Assembly (NCBI GenBank): GCA_009844085.1
Contig: VYCF01000007.1
Coordinates: 1,746 to 65,745 of the forward strand
Source: Gammaproteobacteria bacterium
GTDB taxonomy: Bacteria > Pseudomonadota > Gammaproteobacteria > Pseudomonadales > Pseudohongiellaceae
DNA length: 64,000 bases
Direction: 5' to 3'
The notes beneath the pieces are model-generated. The model was given only the letters and a program-made list of their open reading frames with translations, was not told the DNA's origin and ran no database searches. Position numbers and translations under genes: made by a program. Shown here piece by piece: positions 21,638 to 31,572 of this stretch (the first letter of the stretch is position 1; each line of letters begins with the position of its first letter).

Positions 21638-23791
21638 ATGCGGATGCGCAGACTGATTTCCAACACCCTGGTCGGAACCGGGGCCGGCACAATGCTGGCG
21701 GGTATGGCTTTCGGTCAGGAACCCCGGGTAGAAGAAATTCTGGTCGAGGGCGTGCTGCGGCGCGACAGCTATCTTCAGGACGAGAACAGCATCGGCAAAC
21801 TCACCGAATCCCTGCTCGACACGCCCCAGTCCGTTACCACGCTTTCATCGCAGATGATGCAGGACCGCAACGTCATGAGCCTGGACGATGCGCTGCGCAA
21901 CGTTCCGGGCATCACGCTCGGCGCCGGAGAATTCAGTTGGCAGGGCAATAATCCGACCGTGCGGGGATTTTCATCGCGCAATGACATGTTCCTCGACGGG
22001 ATGCGCGATACGGGCAACTATGCACGGGACCCTTTCAACATGGACTCGGTACAAGTGTTGCTGGGACCTTCCTCAGTCGTTTTTGGCCGTGGTTCGACCG
22101 GGGGCGTGATCAATCAAAGCACCAAGAAACCACAGCAGGATGAACTGCGAAGCTTGCACATCAACATGGGCAACGCCGGTATTCGCCGGATTACCGCGGA
22201 TCTGAATCAGCCATTGAATATGGGAGAGAGTTCGGCTTTTCGCGTCAACGTTCTCGCTCACCGCGCGGAAGTGCCGGGCAGGGACGTCGCCGAGTCCCGA
22301 CGTGACGGTCTGGCGCCGAGTCTCAGCCTGGGTCTGGGAAGCGCCACGAGGCTAACGCTGAGTTATATGCGTCTGGACAGCGAGAGCATTCCGGATTACG
22401 GATTTCCCTGGATCGAGGGCCGTCCCCCCAGAGTGGACAGGGAAAACTTCTACGGGTTTGAAACCGACTTCCTGGACACCCAGGCGGAAGTGGCGTCGGC
22501 GATTCTCGATCGCCGGATAAATTCCGCGGTCTCTCTCGATGCGCAAGTCCGTTATGCCGGTTACGAAAGAAAAAGCAGAATTACCGAGCCCCAGGTGGAC
22601 AGCTTCGTATCGCTCGACGACGATCCGCGCAACGTCATCGTGCACAGGATGATTTTCAGCGGGGAAAGCAAGGAAGAGATGTTCCAGGGACAACTCAACC
22701 TGCGAGCGGACTTCAGCACCGGCGCCGTGAACCATACGCTCGCCGCCGGCGTGGAAATGTCCAGCGAGACCTCGAACCCCGTTTTCGGCTTCGCCTCGCA
22801 AACGCCGTTCTTCGATTACGGGCTGCCGGTGCCGACGACGCGTCTGGGGAATCCCGGGGGATTTTTCGACGGGCCCACCGCCCGCAGGCTGCAGGCGGAA
22901 ACGACCAGCGATACGCAGGCCGCATACGTACTGGATACGCTGCAACTCAATGAGCGATGGAGTCTCAGCGCGGGAATCCGCTGGGACCGATTCGACACCG
23001 ATTACTCCGAGTATCGGTTCGACGTGAATGGCGCGGCTACCGGCAACGCTGATTTCCCCGCGATCGATATCGAAACCAGCTATCGCGCCGCCTTGATCTA
23101 CAAGCCGATCGCAGAGAGCAGCATCTATCTGGGCTGGGGCACCTCATTCAATCCCTCGGCGGAGTCGATTTCCTTCATCAGCAGCGGCAGGGGTCTGAAC
23201 ACGAGCAATGCAAGCCTGGAGCCCGAGGAAAACGAAAGTCTCGAACTGGGTCTGAAATGGATTCTGCTTGACGGGCAGATGGCGGCGGACGCCGCGTTGT
23301 TCCGCATCGACAAGAACAATGCCCGTGTGCCCGATCCCTTCAATCCCGGCTTCAATACTCTCGCGGGGGAACAGCGGATACGGGGGTTTTCCTTCAACCT
23401 GACCGGAAACATCAATGAAAGTCTGGAATTGATGACCGGCTACACCCGCCTGAATGACGAACAACTGAACAGGCTGACAGGAGCCAGCGGCGATATCGAC
23501 AATGTCGCCGCGAATACCTTTTCGTTCTGGATGAACTGGATCGCAAGCATCCGCTTCGATCTGGGGGTCGGCGCCCGATACGTCGACGAGCGAGCGGTCA
23601 ACAACAGCAAATGGGTCGATGACTACTGGGCGTTCGACGCGATGCTGGAATACGCGTATTCCGACAATCTCAGATTCAAGTTGAATCTCACGAATCTCAC
23701 GGATGAAGTATATTTCGACCAACTCCATCCCTGGCACGTCATCCCCGGCCAGGGACTGACCGCGGTATTCGCGGTCAATCTAGACTACTGA
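21638..23791 (+). CDS. TonB-dependent (catecholate-siderophore-type) outer-membrane receptor
   Basis: Signal peptide and plug motifs (DTPQSVTTLSSQMMQDRN, DALRNVPGIT, VRGFSSRNDMFLDGMRD, VQVLLGPSSVVFGRGSTGGVIN). The beta-barrel ends in an aromatic terminal residue (...VNLDY). PiuC follows. Confidence 0.9.
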   Translation: MRMRRLISNTLVGTGAGTMLAGMAFGQEPRVEEILVEGVLRRDSYLQDENSIGKLTESLLDTPQSVTTLSSQMMQDRNVMSLDDALRNVPGITLGAGEFSWQGNNPTVRGFSSRNDMFLDGMRDTGNYARDPFNMDSVQVLLGPSSVVFGRGSTGGVINQSTKKPQQDELRSLHINMGNAGIRRITADLNQPLNMGESSAFRVNVLAHRAEVPGRDVAESRRDGLAPSLSLGLGSATRLTLSYMRLDSESIPDYGFPWIEGRPPRVDRENFYGFETDFLDTQAEVASAILDRRINSAVSLDAQVRYAGYERKSRITEPQVDSFVSLDDDPRNVIVHRMIFSGESKEEMFQGQLNLRADFSTGAVNHTLAAGVEMSSETSNPVFGFASQTPFFDYGLPVPTTRLGNPGGFFDGPTARRLQAETTSDTQAAYVLDTLQLNERWSLSAGIRWDRFDTDYSEYRFDVNGAATGNADFPAIDIETSYRAALIYKPIAESSIYLGWGTSFNPSAESISFISSGRGLNTSNASLEPEENESLELGLKWILLDGQMAADAALFRIDKNNARVPDPFNPGFNTLAGEQRIRGFSFNLTGNINESLELMTGYTRLNDEQLNRLTGASGDIDNVAANTFSFWMNWIASIRFDLGVGARYVDERAVNNSKWVDDYWAFDAMLEYAYSDNLRFKLNLTNLTDEVYFDQLHPWHVIPGQGLTAVFAVNLDY

Positions 23792-23816
23792 AGAGGGCAA
23801 ACAGCCTGAATTCCCG

Positions 23817-24497
23817 ATGCTGATACATCTGAAACAGGTTCTCGATCCGGAAAGCCTGGAAAAGTGCCGCGCAACTCTTGAGCAGGCCGACTGGTCCGAC
23901 GGCCGCGGCAGCGCCGGCTATCTGTCCCGGGCGGTAAAGCGAAATCGCCAGCTTCCGGACGATCATCCGGCGGCGAGGGAACTCGGGGAGAAGATCGTCC
24001 GGATTCTCGACGGCAATCAGCAATTCACGGCCGCGGCCCTGCCGGCGAAGATCGTGCCGCCGCTGTTCAATTGTTATGAAGAAGACAATAGCTACGGCCG
24101 CCACGTGGACGGCGCGATCCGGCCGGTTTTCGGAACGCCGCATCGTGTGCGCACGGATATTTCAGCGACTCTCTTTCTCTCCGAGCCGGACAGTTATTCA
24201 GGAGGGGAGTTGATCATGGAAGATACCTATGGCCCGGTCGAAGTGAAGCTGCCCGCGGGAGACATGGTTCTTTATCCCGGCTCCAGCGTACATGCCGTCA
24301 AACCGGTTACGTCGGGGAGGCGCCTGGCCGCGTTTTTCTGGATTCAGAGCATGGTCCGCGGCGACCACCGGCGATCGATCCTGTACGAACTGGACAAGGC
24401 GATTCAGCGGATCGCCACGGAAACTCCCGAACAGGAAGCATTGGTCGACCTGGCCGGCGTATATCACAACCTGCTACGCGAATGGGCGGATCCCTGA
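23817..24497 (+). CDS. piuC: Fe(II)/2-oxoglutarate-dependent PKHD-type hydroxylase (PiuC/YbiX family)
   Basis: MLIHLKQVL..., YGRHVDGAIR (HxD), LYPGSSVHAV (distal His), and the expected size of about 226 aa. It lies immediately downstream of the TonB receptor, as piuC does in other genomes. Confidence 0.85.
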   Translation: MLIHLKQVLDPESLEKCRATLEQADWSDGRGSAGYLSRAVKRNRQLPDDHPAARELGEKIVRILDGNQQFTAAALPAKIVPPLFNCYEEDNSYGRHVDGAIRPVFGTPHRVRTDISATLFLSEPDSYSGGELIMEDTYGPVEVKLPAGDMVLYPGSSVHAVKPVTSGRRLAAFFWIQSMVRGDHRRSILYELDKAIQRIATETPEQEALVDLAGVYHNLLREWADP

Positions 24498-24504
24498 CGC
24501 CGGA

Positions 24505-25326
24505 TCAGAATGTCCAGATCGCGCCGACGACCAGTTCGCTCTGTTCGATATCGAGCGCGGTCGGCACCGTAACGCGGAGATCGGTAAAAGGCGTCACCCA
24601 GGCCTCGGTGTCGTAACGGGTCTGCCGCAACTCCGCGCGCAACACGAGAGCGCCCAGCGAACTTTCCAAACCGACCCCGATGACCGTGCCTCCAAAGCCA
24701 ATATCGCGGCTTCCCGACGACGCGGCGAAATTCGGCGTATCGGCGGCTTCAGAGCAGGGAATCGGCGACAGACAGCCAAAAGTGCTGTTCGTGAATGTTC
24801 CATTGATCCAGCGCAGGCCGGCGAGCGCATACAGATCTACGCCAAGCGGGCCGAGGAATGGCAGGTTGCCGCCGAACCTGGCCGTGGCGCCGTAGCTGGA
24901 TTCGGCGTCATATGACCAGACATCCGGCCAGAATTCGCCAAGCTGGTTGCGCCCGGGAGAATCTCCAATCCCGTCGAACTGACTGTGCACCGAGCTGTCG
25001 AGCCATGCGGCATCTGCTTCCGCGGCAACGAACAACCCGGTAGCGGGAAGCCGCAACCTCAAGCCCAATACCGGTCCTGCCCCGTACTCGGACCTGGAAC
25101 CGGAGCTGGCCTGGTTTTGCCTCAGCCCGCGGCGCGATTCCGGGACCAGCGTCCCCGGATCAGTGGTGTCCACAGTCTTGTCGATCACCCCTTCAAGCTC
25201 GCCGAGCGGCGCTATTACGCCAAAATACATTTCCTGACCCAGCGCCACGCCGCCTGACGTAAAACAGCCGGAAGCCAGGATCACGATCCAACCGAAAATC
25301 CTGCGCCTGAAAATCCATTGCATCGC
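24505..25326 (-). CDS. Outer-membrane beta-barrel protein
   Basis: Signal/lipobox-like N-terminus (WIVILASGCF), alternating beta-strand pattern, terminal ...VVGAIWTF. An alternative start is at 25344. Confidence 0.55.
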   Translation of the reverse strand, partial: AMQWIFRRRIFGWIVILASGCFTSGGVALGQEMYFGVIAPLGELEGVIDKTVDTTDPGTLVPESRRGLRQNQASSGSRSEYGAGPVLGLRLRLPATGLFVAAEADAAWLDSSVHSQFDGIGDSPGRNQLGEFWPDVWSYDAESSYGATARFGGNLPFLGPLGVDLYALAGLRWINGTFTNSTFGCLSPIPCSEAADTPNFAASSGSRDIGFGGTVIGVGLESSLGALVLRAELRQTRYDTEAWVTPFTDLRVTVPTALDIEQSELVVGAIWTF

Positions 25327-25431
25327 ATCCACCTGCCTGTCCAAATCAACTGGACAAGAAAACTAGGTCAAGCAAAAGCAAAGCGCAAGCCCGCTGACGC
25401 GGTTCGGTGGCTCAACGATGCGCCGGAAAAT

Positions 25432-26706
25432 TCAAAGTTCATTCAGAAATTCGAGTAGCAGGCGGCTGGTTTCCTGGGCCTGCTCCTGTTGCACCCAGTG
25501 GCCGGCGCCTTCGACGAGATGCACGGCGCGCATGTCGGTGCAGACAGTTTCCTGCATGCGTTCGAAACTGCCGGGATTCTGGTAGGTGCCCCAGTCGCTC
25601 GCGCCGCTGATGAACATGCTGGGCTGGTCTATGGTCTTGCCGGCGTATAGTTGGGATTCCGCGGCGCCGATGCCGGTCGCCCCCATGCGGTAGCTGTTGA
25701 GTCCGCCCTGGAATCCCGTGCGGCCGAATTCTTCGGCGTATACCGCCAGTTCCGCCTCTGTCAGCCAGGCATTAGCGGCGACTTGCTCTGGCGACGGCAT
25801 ATGGTGCGCTACGGTTTCCGCCATGCCCTCCGCCAGGTCCATGATGTAATAGGTCGGCATCTTCGCCCACTCTTCGGCCGTTCTCGCAGCCAGCCGGTAC
25901 GGCCGGTTCTCCTCCCAGTCCGCGCTCTTGTGGTGGTAGTAGGCGCGGATGAAGTCGCTCAGGCCCTGCTCCGCATGCCACATGTTCGCGTTTGCTTCCC
26001 GGGTCGTGTAATAGCGCTGGTAGTGCTTGCGGGGCCGGGACAGGTTCGCCAGATTCTCGTAGATGCTCGGGCCTTCCGGCGGCGCCGACGGCGGGTTTTC
26101 GATCGTATCGAAAGGTATCGTGGGAACGCCGCCGAAAGGCGCGCTCATCATGACGACGGCGCGGAATATGTCGGGACGGGTCAATGCGCACCAGCCCGCC
26201 AGGGGCGAGCCGAAATCATGCCCGATGACGCAGGCCACATGCTCGTAGCCATAGGCGTAGATCAGCCCGATCACATCCCGCACCTTGTTGAGCATGCGGA
26301 AGGGCGCGAGGTCGGTATCGTAGTCGCTGCTCCAGCCGGTGGTGCGGCCGTAACCCCGCAGATCGGGCACGATCACGTGGTAGCCCGCATCGGCCAGCGG
26401 TTTCATCACATTGCGCCAACTGTAGGCAAGTTCCGGGAAGCCGTGGAGCATGACCAGCGCCGGACGGTCCCCTGTCTGTAATCCAGTCTCGAATCCTGCC
26501 TCCAGCACGTGCATGCGCAGGCCGTTGACGTTTTCCACAAAGCGCGAGCGGACGCCTTCCGGCAGCCAGGCATCGGGATAGGGGCCGATGCCTGGGTTGA
26601 CGGTATCGGGTATTGAAACCTGCGCGACAAGGCGACCGGGCAATGTCAATGCCGAACCGGAAATTGCCACGTACTGGAGAAATCTGCGGCGGGAATGCTC
26701 GTTCAT
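25432..26706 (-). CDS. Tat-exported alpha/beta hydrolase (epoxide-hydrolase-like)
   Basis: Twin-arginine signal (SRRRFLQYVA). HGFPELAYSWRN oxyanion motif, nucleophile elbow GHDFGS, C-terminal GAGHWVQQE. Confidence 0.8.
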   Translation of the reverse strand: MNEHSRRRFLQYVAISGSALTLPGRLVAQVSIPDTVNPGIGPYPDAWLPEGVRSRFVENVNGLRMHVLEAGFETGLQTGDRPALVMLHGFPELAYSWRNVMKPLADAGYHVIVPDLRGYGRTTGWSSDYDTDLAPFRMLNKVRDVIGLIYAYGYEHVACVIGHDFGSPLAGWCALTRPDIFRAVVMMSAPFGGVPTIPFDTIENPPSAPPEGPSIYENLANLSRPRKHYQRYYTTREANANMWHAEQGLSDFIRAYYHHKSADWEENRPYRLAARTAEEWAKMPTYYIMDLAEGMAETVAHHMPSPEQVAANAWLTEAELAVYAEEFGRTGFQGGLNSYRMGATGIGAAESQLYAGKTIDQPSMFISGASDWGTYQNPGSFERMQETVCTDMRAVHLVEGAGHWVQQEQAQETSRLLLEFLNEL

Positions 26707-26814
26707 GGTCTGGACTCTTGTTGTCGATGGCTTCGCGTTATACTTCGATGCAGCCCGGCGCTTCGCGCGGCGGATGCCAGGTCAGCGCTCTGGCTTAACC
26801 TACCGAGAGGATAC

Positions 26815-27258
26815 ATGATGAAGTGGATTATCTGCATTCTCGTATCGCTTGCCGCGGGATACGGAATCGCTGCCGCCGCCGAGCAGCAGACCGAGCCATA
26901 CGCGGTAAACCTCGAAGAACTCGAATGGGGGCCGCCGGGCGAAGGCAACGGTCCGCCCCTCGGCACCCGAACGGCCCGCCAGGGCGTGGACCCGGTCACC
27001 GGCGGCGTAACGTATTACGCCATGTTTCCCGCCGGAGGCCACTTCGACCTGCATTGGCACACTCATGACGAATTCGTCGTGGTCGTGAGCGGGTCGGTCA
27101 TACTTGAACTCGGCGATGAGACGCATGAGTTGCACGCCGGCGCCTATGTCGTGATACCCGGCGGCATGAACCATTCCTGGGACGTGCCGGAATCCGGCGA
27201 CGTCGTCATTCTCGTGCGACGCGCCGGACCCGCAGACTTCAACTACGTCGCGCGATAA
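26815..27258 (+). CDS. Secreted cupin-domain protein
   Basis: ATG 26815 preceded by GAGAGG. Signal peptide. Cupin motifs (GGHFDLHWHTHDEFVVVVSG, VIPGGMNHSW). Confidence 0.7.
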   Translation: MMKWIICILVSLAAGYGIAAAAEQQTEPYAVNLEELEWGPPGEGNGPPLGTRTARQGVDPVTGGVTYYAMFPAGGHFDLHWHTHDEFVVVVSGSVILELGDETHELHAGAYVVIPGGMNHSWDVPESGDVVILVRRAGPADFNYVAR

Positions 27259-27394
27259 CGATTCGCTCCACCACGCAATTGTTTCAAATCGTAGTGAAGC
27301 CTTCGCTTTTCTTGCGCGGGCATGTTGGATTGCTTATTCTTGCCTGCTGTTTCGGCCCTGCCAGTACTTCAAAAAGCAATCTGGAGAAACCTGG

Positions 27395-29320
27395 ATGAAG
27401 AGAGCAATGCGTTTGATTTCGACTTTCGCCGCGGGCGCCTGGGTTCTGACCATGATTCCGGCCGCATCGGGCCAGACCGGTACCGACGTCTACGCGGGAG
27501 ATTGGCCGACTCATCACGGCAACGAGCTCGCCCAACGCTATTCGCCGCTCGACCAGATCAACGCCGACAACGTCGGCTCGCTGGAACTCGCCTGGCGCTA
27601 TTCGACGGCAAACATCGGCCCCCAGCCTGAATTCAACGCCACCTTCACACCGCTTGAAGTCGACGGCGTCATGTACACCACCATGGGAGCCACGCGCAAC
27701 GTCGCGGCGCTCGACGCCACCAACGGACAATTGCTCTGGCTGTGGCGGCCGCAGGAAGGCGAGAGATTCGACGCCGCCCCGCGCAAGGGCTCGGGCCGCG
27801 GAATTTCCTATTACCGCTTCGGCGACGAGAGGCGCATCATTACCGTCACACCGGGCTTTTTCCTCGTCTCCCTCGACGCCGAAACCGGCATTCCCGACCC
27901 GAATTTCGGCGACAACGGCTGGGTCGACATGTTTGAGGGCTTGCGTCTCGGCCAGGGCCGCGATGACGTCGATATTGGCTCATCCATGCCGCCGTTCATC
28001 ATGAACGACGTGGTCGTGGTCGGTCCGGCGCATCGGGTTTCCATGCGTCCGCCGTCAATGTACAACGTCAAGGGCGACGTGCGCGGCTTCGACGCGCGGA
28101 CCGGCGAATTGCTCTGGACATTCCACACCATCCCCGAACCCGGCGAGGTCGGCATCGAGACCTGGCTCGGCGACGGTGCCGAGATTTCCGGCAACGCCGG
28201 CGTCTGGGCCACGATGTCGGGCGATCCTGAACTTGGACATGTTTACCTGCCCACCGAATCCGCCACCGGCGATCGTTTCGGCGGCGACCGTCCGGGCGAC
28301 AACCTGTTCTCCAACAGCGTGGTCGCGCTCGATATCCAGACCGGCGAGCGGCAATGGCATTATCAACTGATTCATCACGACATCTGGGACTGGGACAATC
28401 CCTCAGCGGCGGTGCTGGCCGATCTGCCCAATGGCCGCAAGATCCTCGCCCAGGTCACCAAGCAGGCCTTCGTCTACACCTTCGACCGCACGAACGGCGA
28501 GCCGATCTGGCCCATAGAGGAACTGCCGGTTCCCGCCGGCGACGTGCCTCGCGAGTGGTATTCGCCGACGCAGCCTTTCCCGACCCGTCCGCCCGCTGTC
28601 GACCGCCAGGGCTTCACCGAAGACGACCTGATCGACTTCACTCCCGAATTGCGCGCCGAGGCGCTGGCCTCGCTGGAAGGATTCCGTCTCAGCCCGAATC
28701 TGTACTCACCGCCATCCCTGGCCGAAGCCGCCGATGGCACAAGAGGGACATTGAGCCTGCCTTCGGCCATTGGCGGCCCCAATTGGGAAGCCAGCGTGTT
28801 GGACCCGGAAACCGGTATTCTTTACGTGCCTTCCCGAACCGTGATCTCGGTGCTTTCCGTGGAGAAGGATCCGAATTCCGATGTCGATTTCAGCATGGCG
28901 TTCGGCGTTCGCGTTCCCCGGGTGCAAGGCCTTCCCATCGTGCAGCCGCCTTATGGCCGCATTACCGCGCTCGATATGAACGAAGGCGAAATGCTCTGGC
29001 AGATCGCCAATGCCGATACGCCGGCAAACATCGCCAACAATCCGGCCCTGGAAGGCGTCGACCTGCCGCGAACCGGCGTCGAGACCAAGTCGGGTCTGCT
29101 GGTGACCAGGACCTTGTTGTTCGCCGGTGAAGGCGTCGGCGGCGGCAACATGTTCCGCGCCCATGACAAGGCGACCGGCGAAATCCTGTTCGAAATGGAA
29201 CTGCCGGCGACCCAGACCGGGGTGCCGATGACTTATGAACACGACGGCAAGCAATACATCGCCATGGTTGTCAGCGGCGGCGGCACGCCTGCCGAAATCG
29301 TGGCCTACGCATTGCCTTAA
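27395..29320 (+). CDS. PQQ-dependent dehydrogenase (quinoprotein beta-propeller)
   Basis: Signal peptide. GDWPTHHGNELAQRYSPLDQINADNVGSLELAWRY is the classic quinoprotein N-terminus. Propeller W-motifs recur throughout. Confidence 0.8.
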   Translation: MKRAMRLISTFAAGAWVLTMIPAASGQTGTDVYAGDWPTHHGNELAQRYSPLDQINADNVGSLELAWRYSTANIGPQPEFNATFTPLEVDGVMYTTMGATRNVAALDATNGQLLWLWRPQEGERFDAAPRKGSGRGISYYRFGDERRIITVTPGFFLVSLDAETGIPDPNFGDNGWVDMFEGLRLGQGRDDVDIGSSMPPFIMNDVVVVGPAHRVSMRPPSMYNVKGDVRGFDARTGELLWTFHTIPEPGEVGIETWLGDGAEISGNAGVWATMSGDPELGHVYLPTESATGDRFGGDRPGDNLFSNSVVALDIQTGERQWHYQLIHHDIWDWDNPSAAVLADLPNGRKILAQVTKQAFVYTFDRTNGEPIWPIEELPVPAGDVPREWYSPTQPFPTRPPAVDRQGFTEDDLIDFTPELRAEALASLEGFRLSPNLYSPPSLAEAADGTRGTLSLPSAIGGPNWEASVLDPETGILYVPSRTVISVLSVEKDPNSDVDFSMAFGVRVPRVQGLPIVQPPYGRITALDMNEGEMLWQIANADTPANIANNPALEGVDLPRTGVETKSGLLVTRTLLFAGEGVGGGNMFRAHDKATGEILFEMELPATQTGVPMTYEHDGKQYIAMVVSGGGTPAEIVAYALP

Positions 29321-29340
29321 CCGTCTGGAGGAAAGACATC

Positions 29341-29913
29341 ATGCGAAATCTTTTTCTCGCGGCGCTCTCGCCGCTGCTGTTGCTGATCGGACTGCCGGCC
29401 CTGGCCCAATCCTGGGTGATCGACAAGGAGCAATCGAAGGTCATCTTCCACTACACCTATACCGGCGACCCATACCAGGGCGAGTTCAGAAACGTCGACG
29501 CGGTGTTCGAGATCGACCCGATGAATCCGGGCTCGTGCAATTTCACCGTAACGATCCCCATCGGCGAAATTTGGGTCGATTCTCCCGAGGCGATCGACTA
29601 CCTGCTCGACATCGAACTGTTCGACGTCGACCAGTTTCCCACCGCGACCTTCGAAGCCGTGGAATGCCGTTTGACGTCGATGGATTCCTTCACGTCCAAC
29701 GGTAGCCTGACGATCCGCAACGTGACCCGCCCCATGAGCTTTCCGTTCACCCTCAGCGTCGAGAACAACGACGGTCGGATCGGCTTTCGCCTGAACAGCA
29801 ACGTGACGATCAGGCGGCTCGAATTCGGCGTCGGCCAGGGCTACTGGGCGAGCACCGCCGAGATTCCCAACGACATCGGTATCGAAGTCGACGTCTTCGC
29901 GTACCGGCAATAG
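29341..29913 (+). CDS. YceI-family periplasmic protein
   Basis: Signal peptide. YceI-like pattern (W.ID...S.V.F, FDVDQFPTATF, GSLTIRNVTRP). Confidence 0.7.
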   Translation: MRNLFLAALSPLLLLIGLPALAQSWVIDKEQSKVIFHYTYTGDPYQGEFRNVDAVFEIDPMNPGSCNFTVTIPIGEIWVDSPEAIDYLLDIELFDVDQFPTATFEAVECRLTSMDSFTSNGSLTIRNVTRPMSFPFTLSVENNDGRIGFRLNSNVTIRRLEFGVGQGYWASTAEIPNDIGIEVDVFAYRQ

Positions 29914-29932
29914 CGGGAGTGGTCAAACCAAA

Positions 29933-30580
29933 ATGAACTCAATTTCACGTATCGGGCGCGTTGCGCCGCTGCTCGCAGCCCCGCTGCTCCTAGCCGGCTG
30001 CGACAGCAGCGTTCTGACACCCGATGTCGAGACCGAGATCGCCGAAATCCGCTCGGGGCAGTACAGCCTCGACCGGGATCACGCGACTCTGATCTGGAAG
30101 GTCGATCATCTGGGATTTTCGACTTACATCGGCCGCTTCAACGATTTCGACGCCAGCCTCGATTTCGACCCGGAAAACATCGGAAACTCAAGCCTCGAAG
30201 TCATCGTCAATACCGCCAGCCTTGACGTGAACCTGCCCGAGTTCGAGGACGAACTGCGCGCCGACTGGTTCAATGTCGAACAATTTCCGCAAGCCGTCTA
30301 CCGCACGACTTCTCTCGCCGAAACCATCGACGAAAACACTTTTGTCTTCAATGGTGAATTGACCTTCATGGGAGTGACGGCGCCGGTCGCGCTCGAAGTC
30401 GATTTCCATAGAGGAGCGCGGGACATCAGCAGGAGGCTTCAATACGTTATCGGGTTCTCCGCAAGCGCCAGCGTTCAGCGCTCGGCCTTCGGTCTGGACA
30501 ATCTCGTGAACATCGGCATCGGCGACGAGGTCGAACTCGAAATCCACGTAGAATTTATCAATACAGCCGGCGAATCCTAA
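29933..30580 (+). CDS. YceI-family lipoprotein
   Basis: Lipobox LLLAGC. YSLDRDHATLIWKVDHLGFSTYIGRF, VEQFPQAVYRTTS, GELTFMGVTAPV. Confidence 0.75.
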   Translation: MNSISRIGRVAPLLAAPLLLAGCDSSVLTPDVETEIAEIRSGQYSLDRDHATLIWKVDHLGFSTYIGRFNDFDASLDFDPENIGNSSLEVIVNTASLDVNLPEFEDELRADWFNVEQFPQAVYRTTSLAETIDENTFVFNGELTFMGVTAPVALEVDFHRGARDISRRLQYVIGFSASASVQRSAFGLDNLVNIGIGDEVELEIHVEFINTAGES

Positions 30581-31572
30581 CCCGACATCAGCCCGAGCAC
30601 GTCGCAGACCCGCTGCGAATAGCCCCATTCATTGTCGTACCAACTCAGGGCCTTCAGGTAGCGCCCCCCGCCGACCTGGGTGAAGCTGGCGTCGAAGATC
30701 GAGGAATGGGGATTGCCGATGATGTCCGATGACACCACGGGCTCTTCGGTGTATTCGAGCACGTTCCGCATGCGCTCGGATCTCGCCGCCGAACGCACCG
30801 CCTCGTTGACCTGCTCGACCGTGACTTCCTGTTCGAGTTCGGCAAACAGGTCCACCACCGAGCCGTCGGGCACGGGAACGCGCGAGGCGATGCCGTCGAG
30901 GCGTCCGTTCAGTTCGGGCAGCACTTCGCCCACGGCCTTGGCGGCCCCGGTGGACGTGGGGATGATGTTCTCCGCCGCGGCGCGCGAACGGCGCCAGTCG
31001 GAATGGGGCACGTCGGCCAGGCTCTGGTCGTTGGTATAAGCGTGGACCGTATTGATGATGCCTTCGCGAATGCCGAAGGCGTCGTGCAATACCTTGGCGA
31101 CCGGGGCGAGACAATTGGTCGTGCAGCTCGCGTTCGAAACGATGCGATGTTCGGGCGCAAGGCCTTCCTCGTTCACTCCCATGACGACGGTGTAATCGAT
31201 CTCGTCCTTCGCCGGCACCGTCAGCAGTGCGCGCCCGGCGCCCGCTTCGAGATGCCTCGAGACCTGGGCCTTGCTGCGGAAGACGCCGGTCGATTCGACC
31301 ACGACATCGACTTCGAGTTCTTTCCATGGCAATTGCGTCGGGTCGCGTTCCTGCAACATTCTGGCCCGGGTCCTGGGGGTGACCATTTCCGAATCTTCGA
31401 TGCTGACCTTGCCGGGAAAACGTCCCATGACCGTGTCGTAGTTGAGCAGATAACGCAGGGCCTCGTTGTCGAACAGGTCATTGATGGCGACGATCTCGAT
31501 TTCCGGCAGTGACTCGGCGATTCTGAACACCGCCCGGCCGATTCTGCCGAATCCATTGATTGCAACTCTCAT
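30577..31572 (-). CDS. gap: Type I glyceraldehyde-3-phosphate dehydrogenase
   Basis: INGFGRIGR, catalytic SNASCTTNCLAP, TVHAYTNDQ, IPTSTGAAKAV, WYDNEWGYS. Confidence 0.95.
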   Translation of the reverse strand: MRVAINGFGRIGRAVFRIAESLPEIEIVAINDLFDNEALRYLLNYDTVMGRFPGKVSIEDSEMVTPRTRARMLQERDPTQLPWKELEVDVVVESTGVFRSKAQVSRHLEAGAGRALLTVPAKDEIDYTVVMGVNEEGLAPEHRIVSNASCTTNCLAPVAKVLHDAFGIREGIINTVHAYTNDQSLADVPHSDWRRSRAAAENIIPTSTGAAKAVGEVLPELNGRLDGIASRVPVPDGSVVDLFAELEQEVTVEQVNEAVRSAARSERMRNVLEYTEEPVVSSDIIGNPHSSIFDASFTQVGGGRYLKALSWYDNEWGYSQRVCDVLGLMSG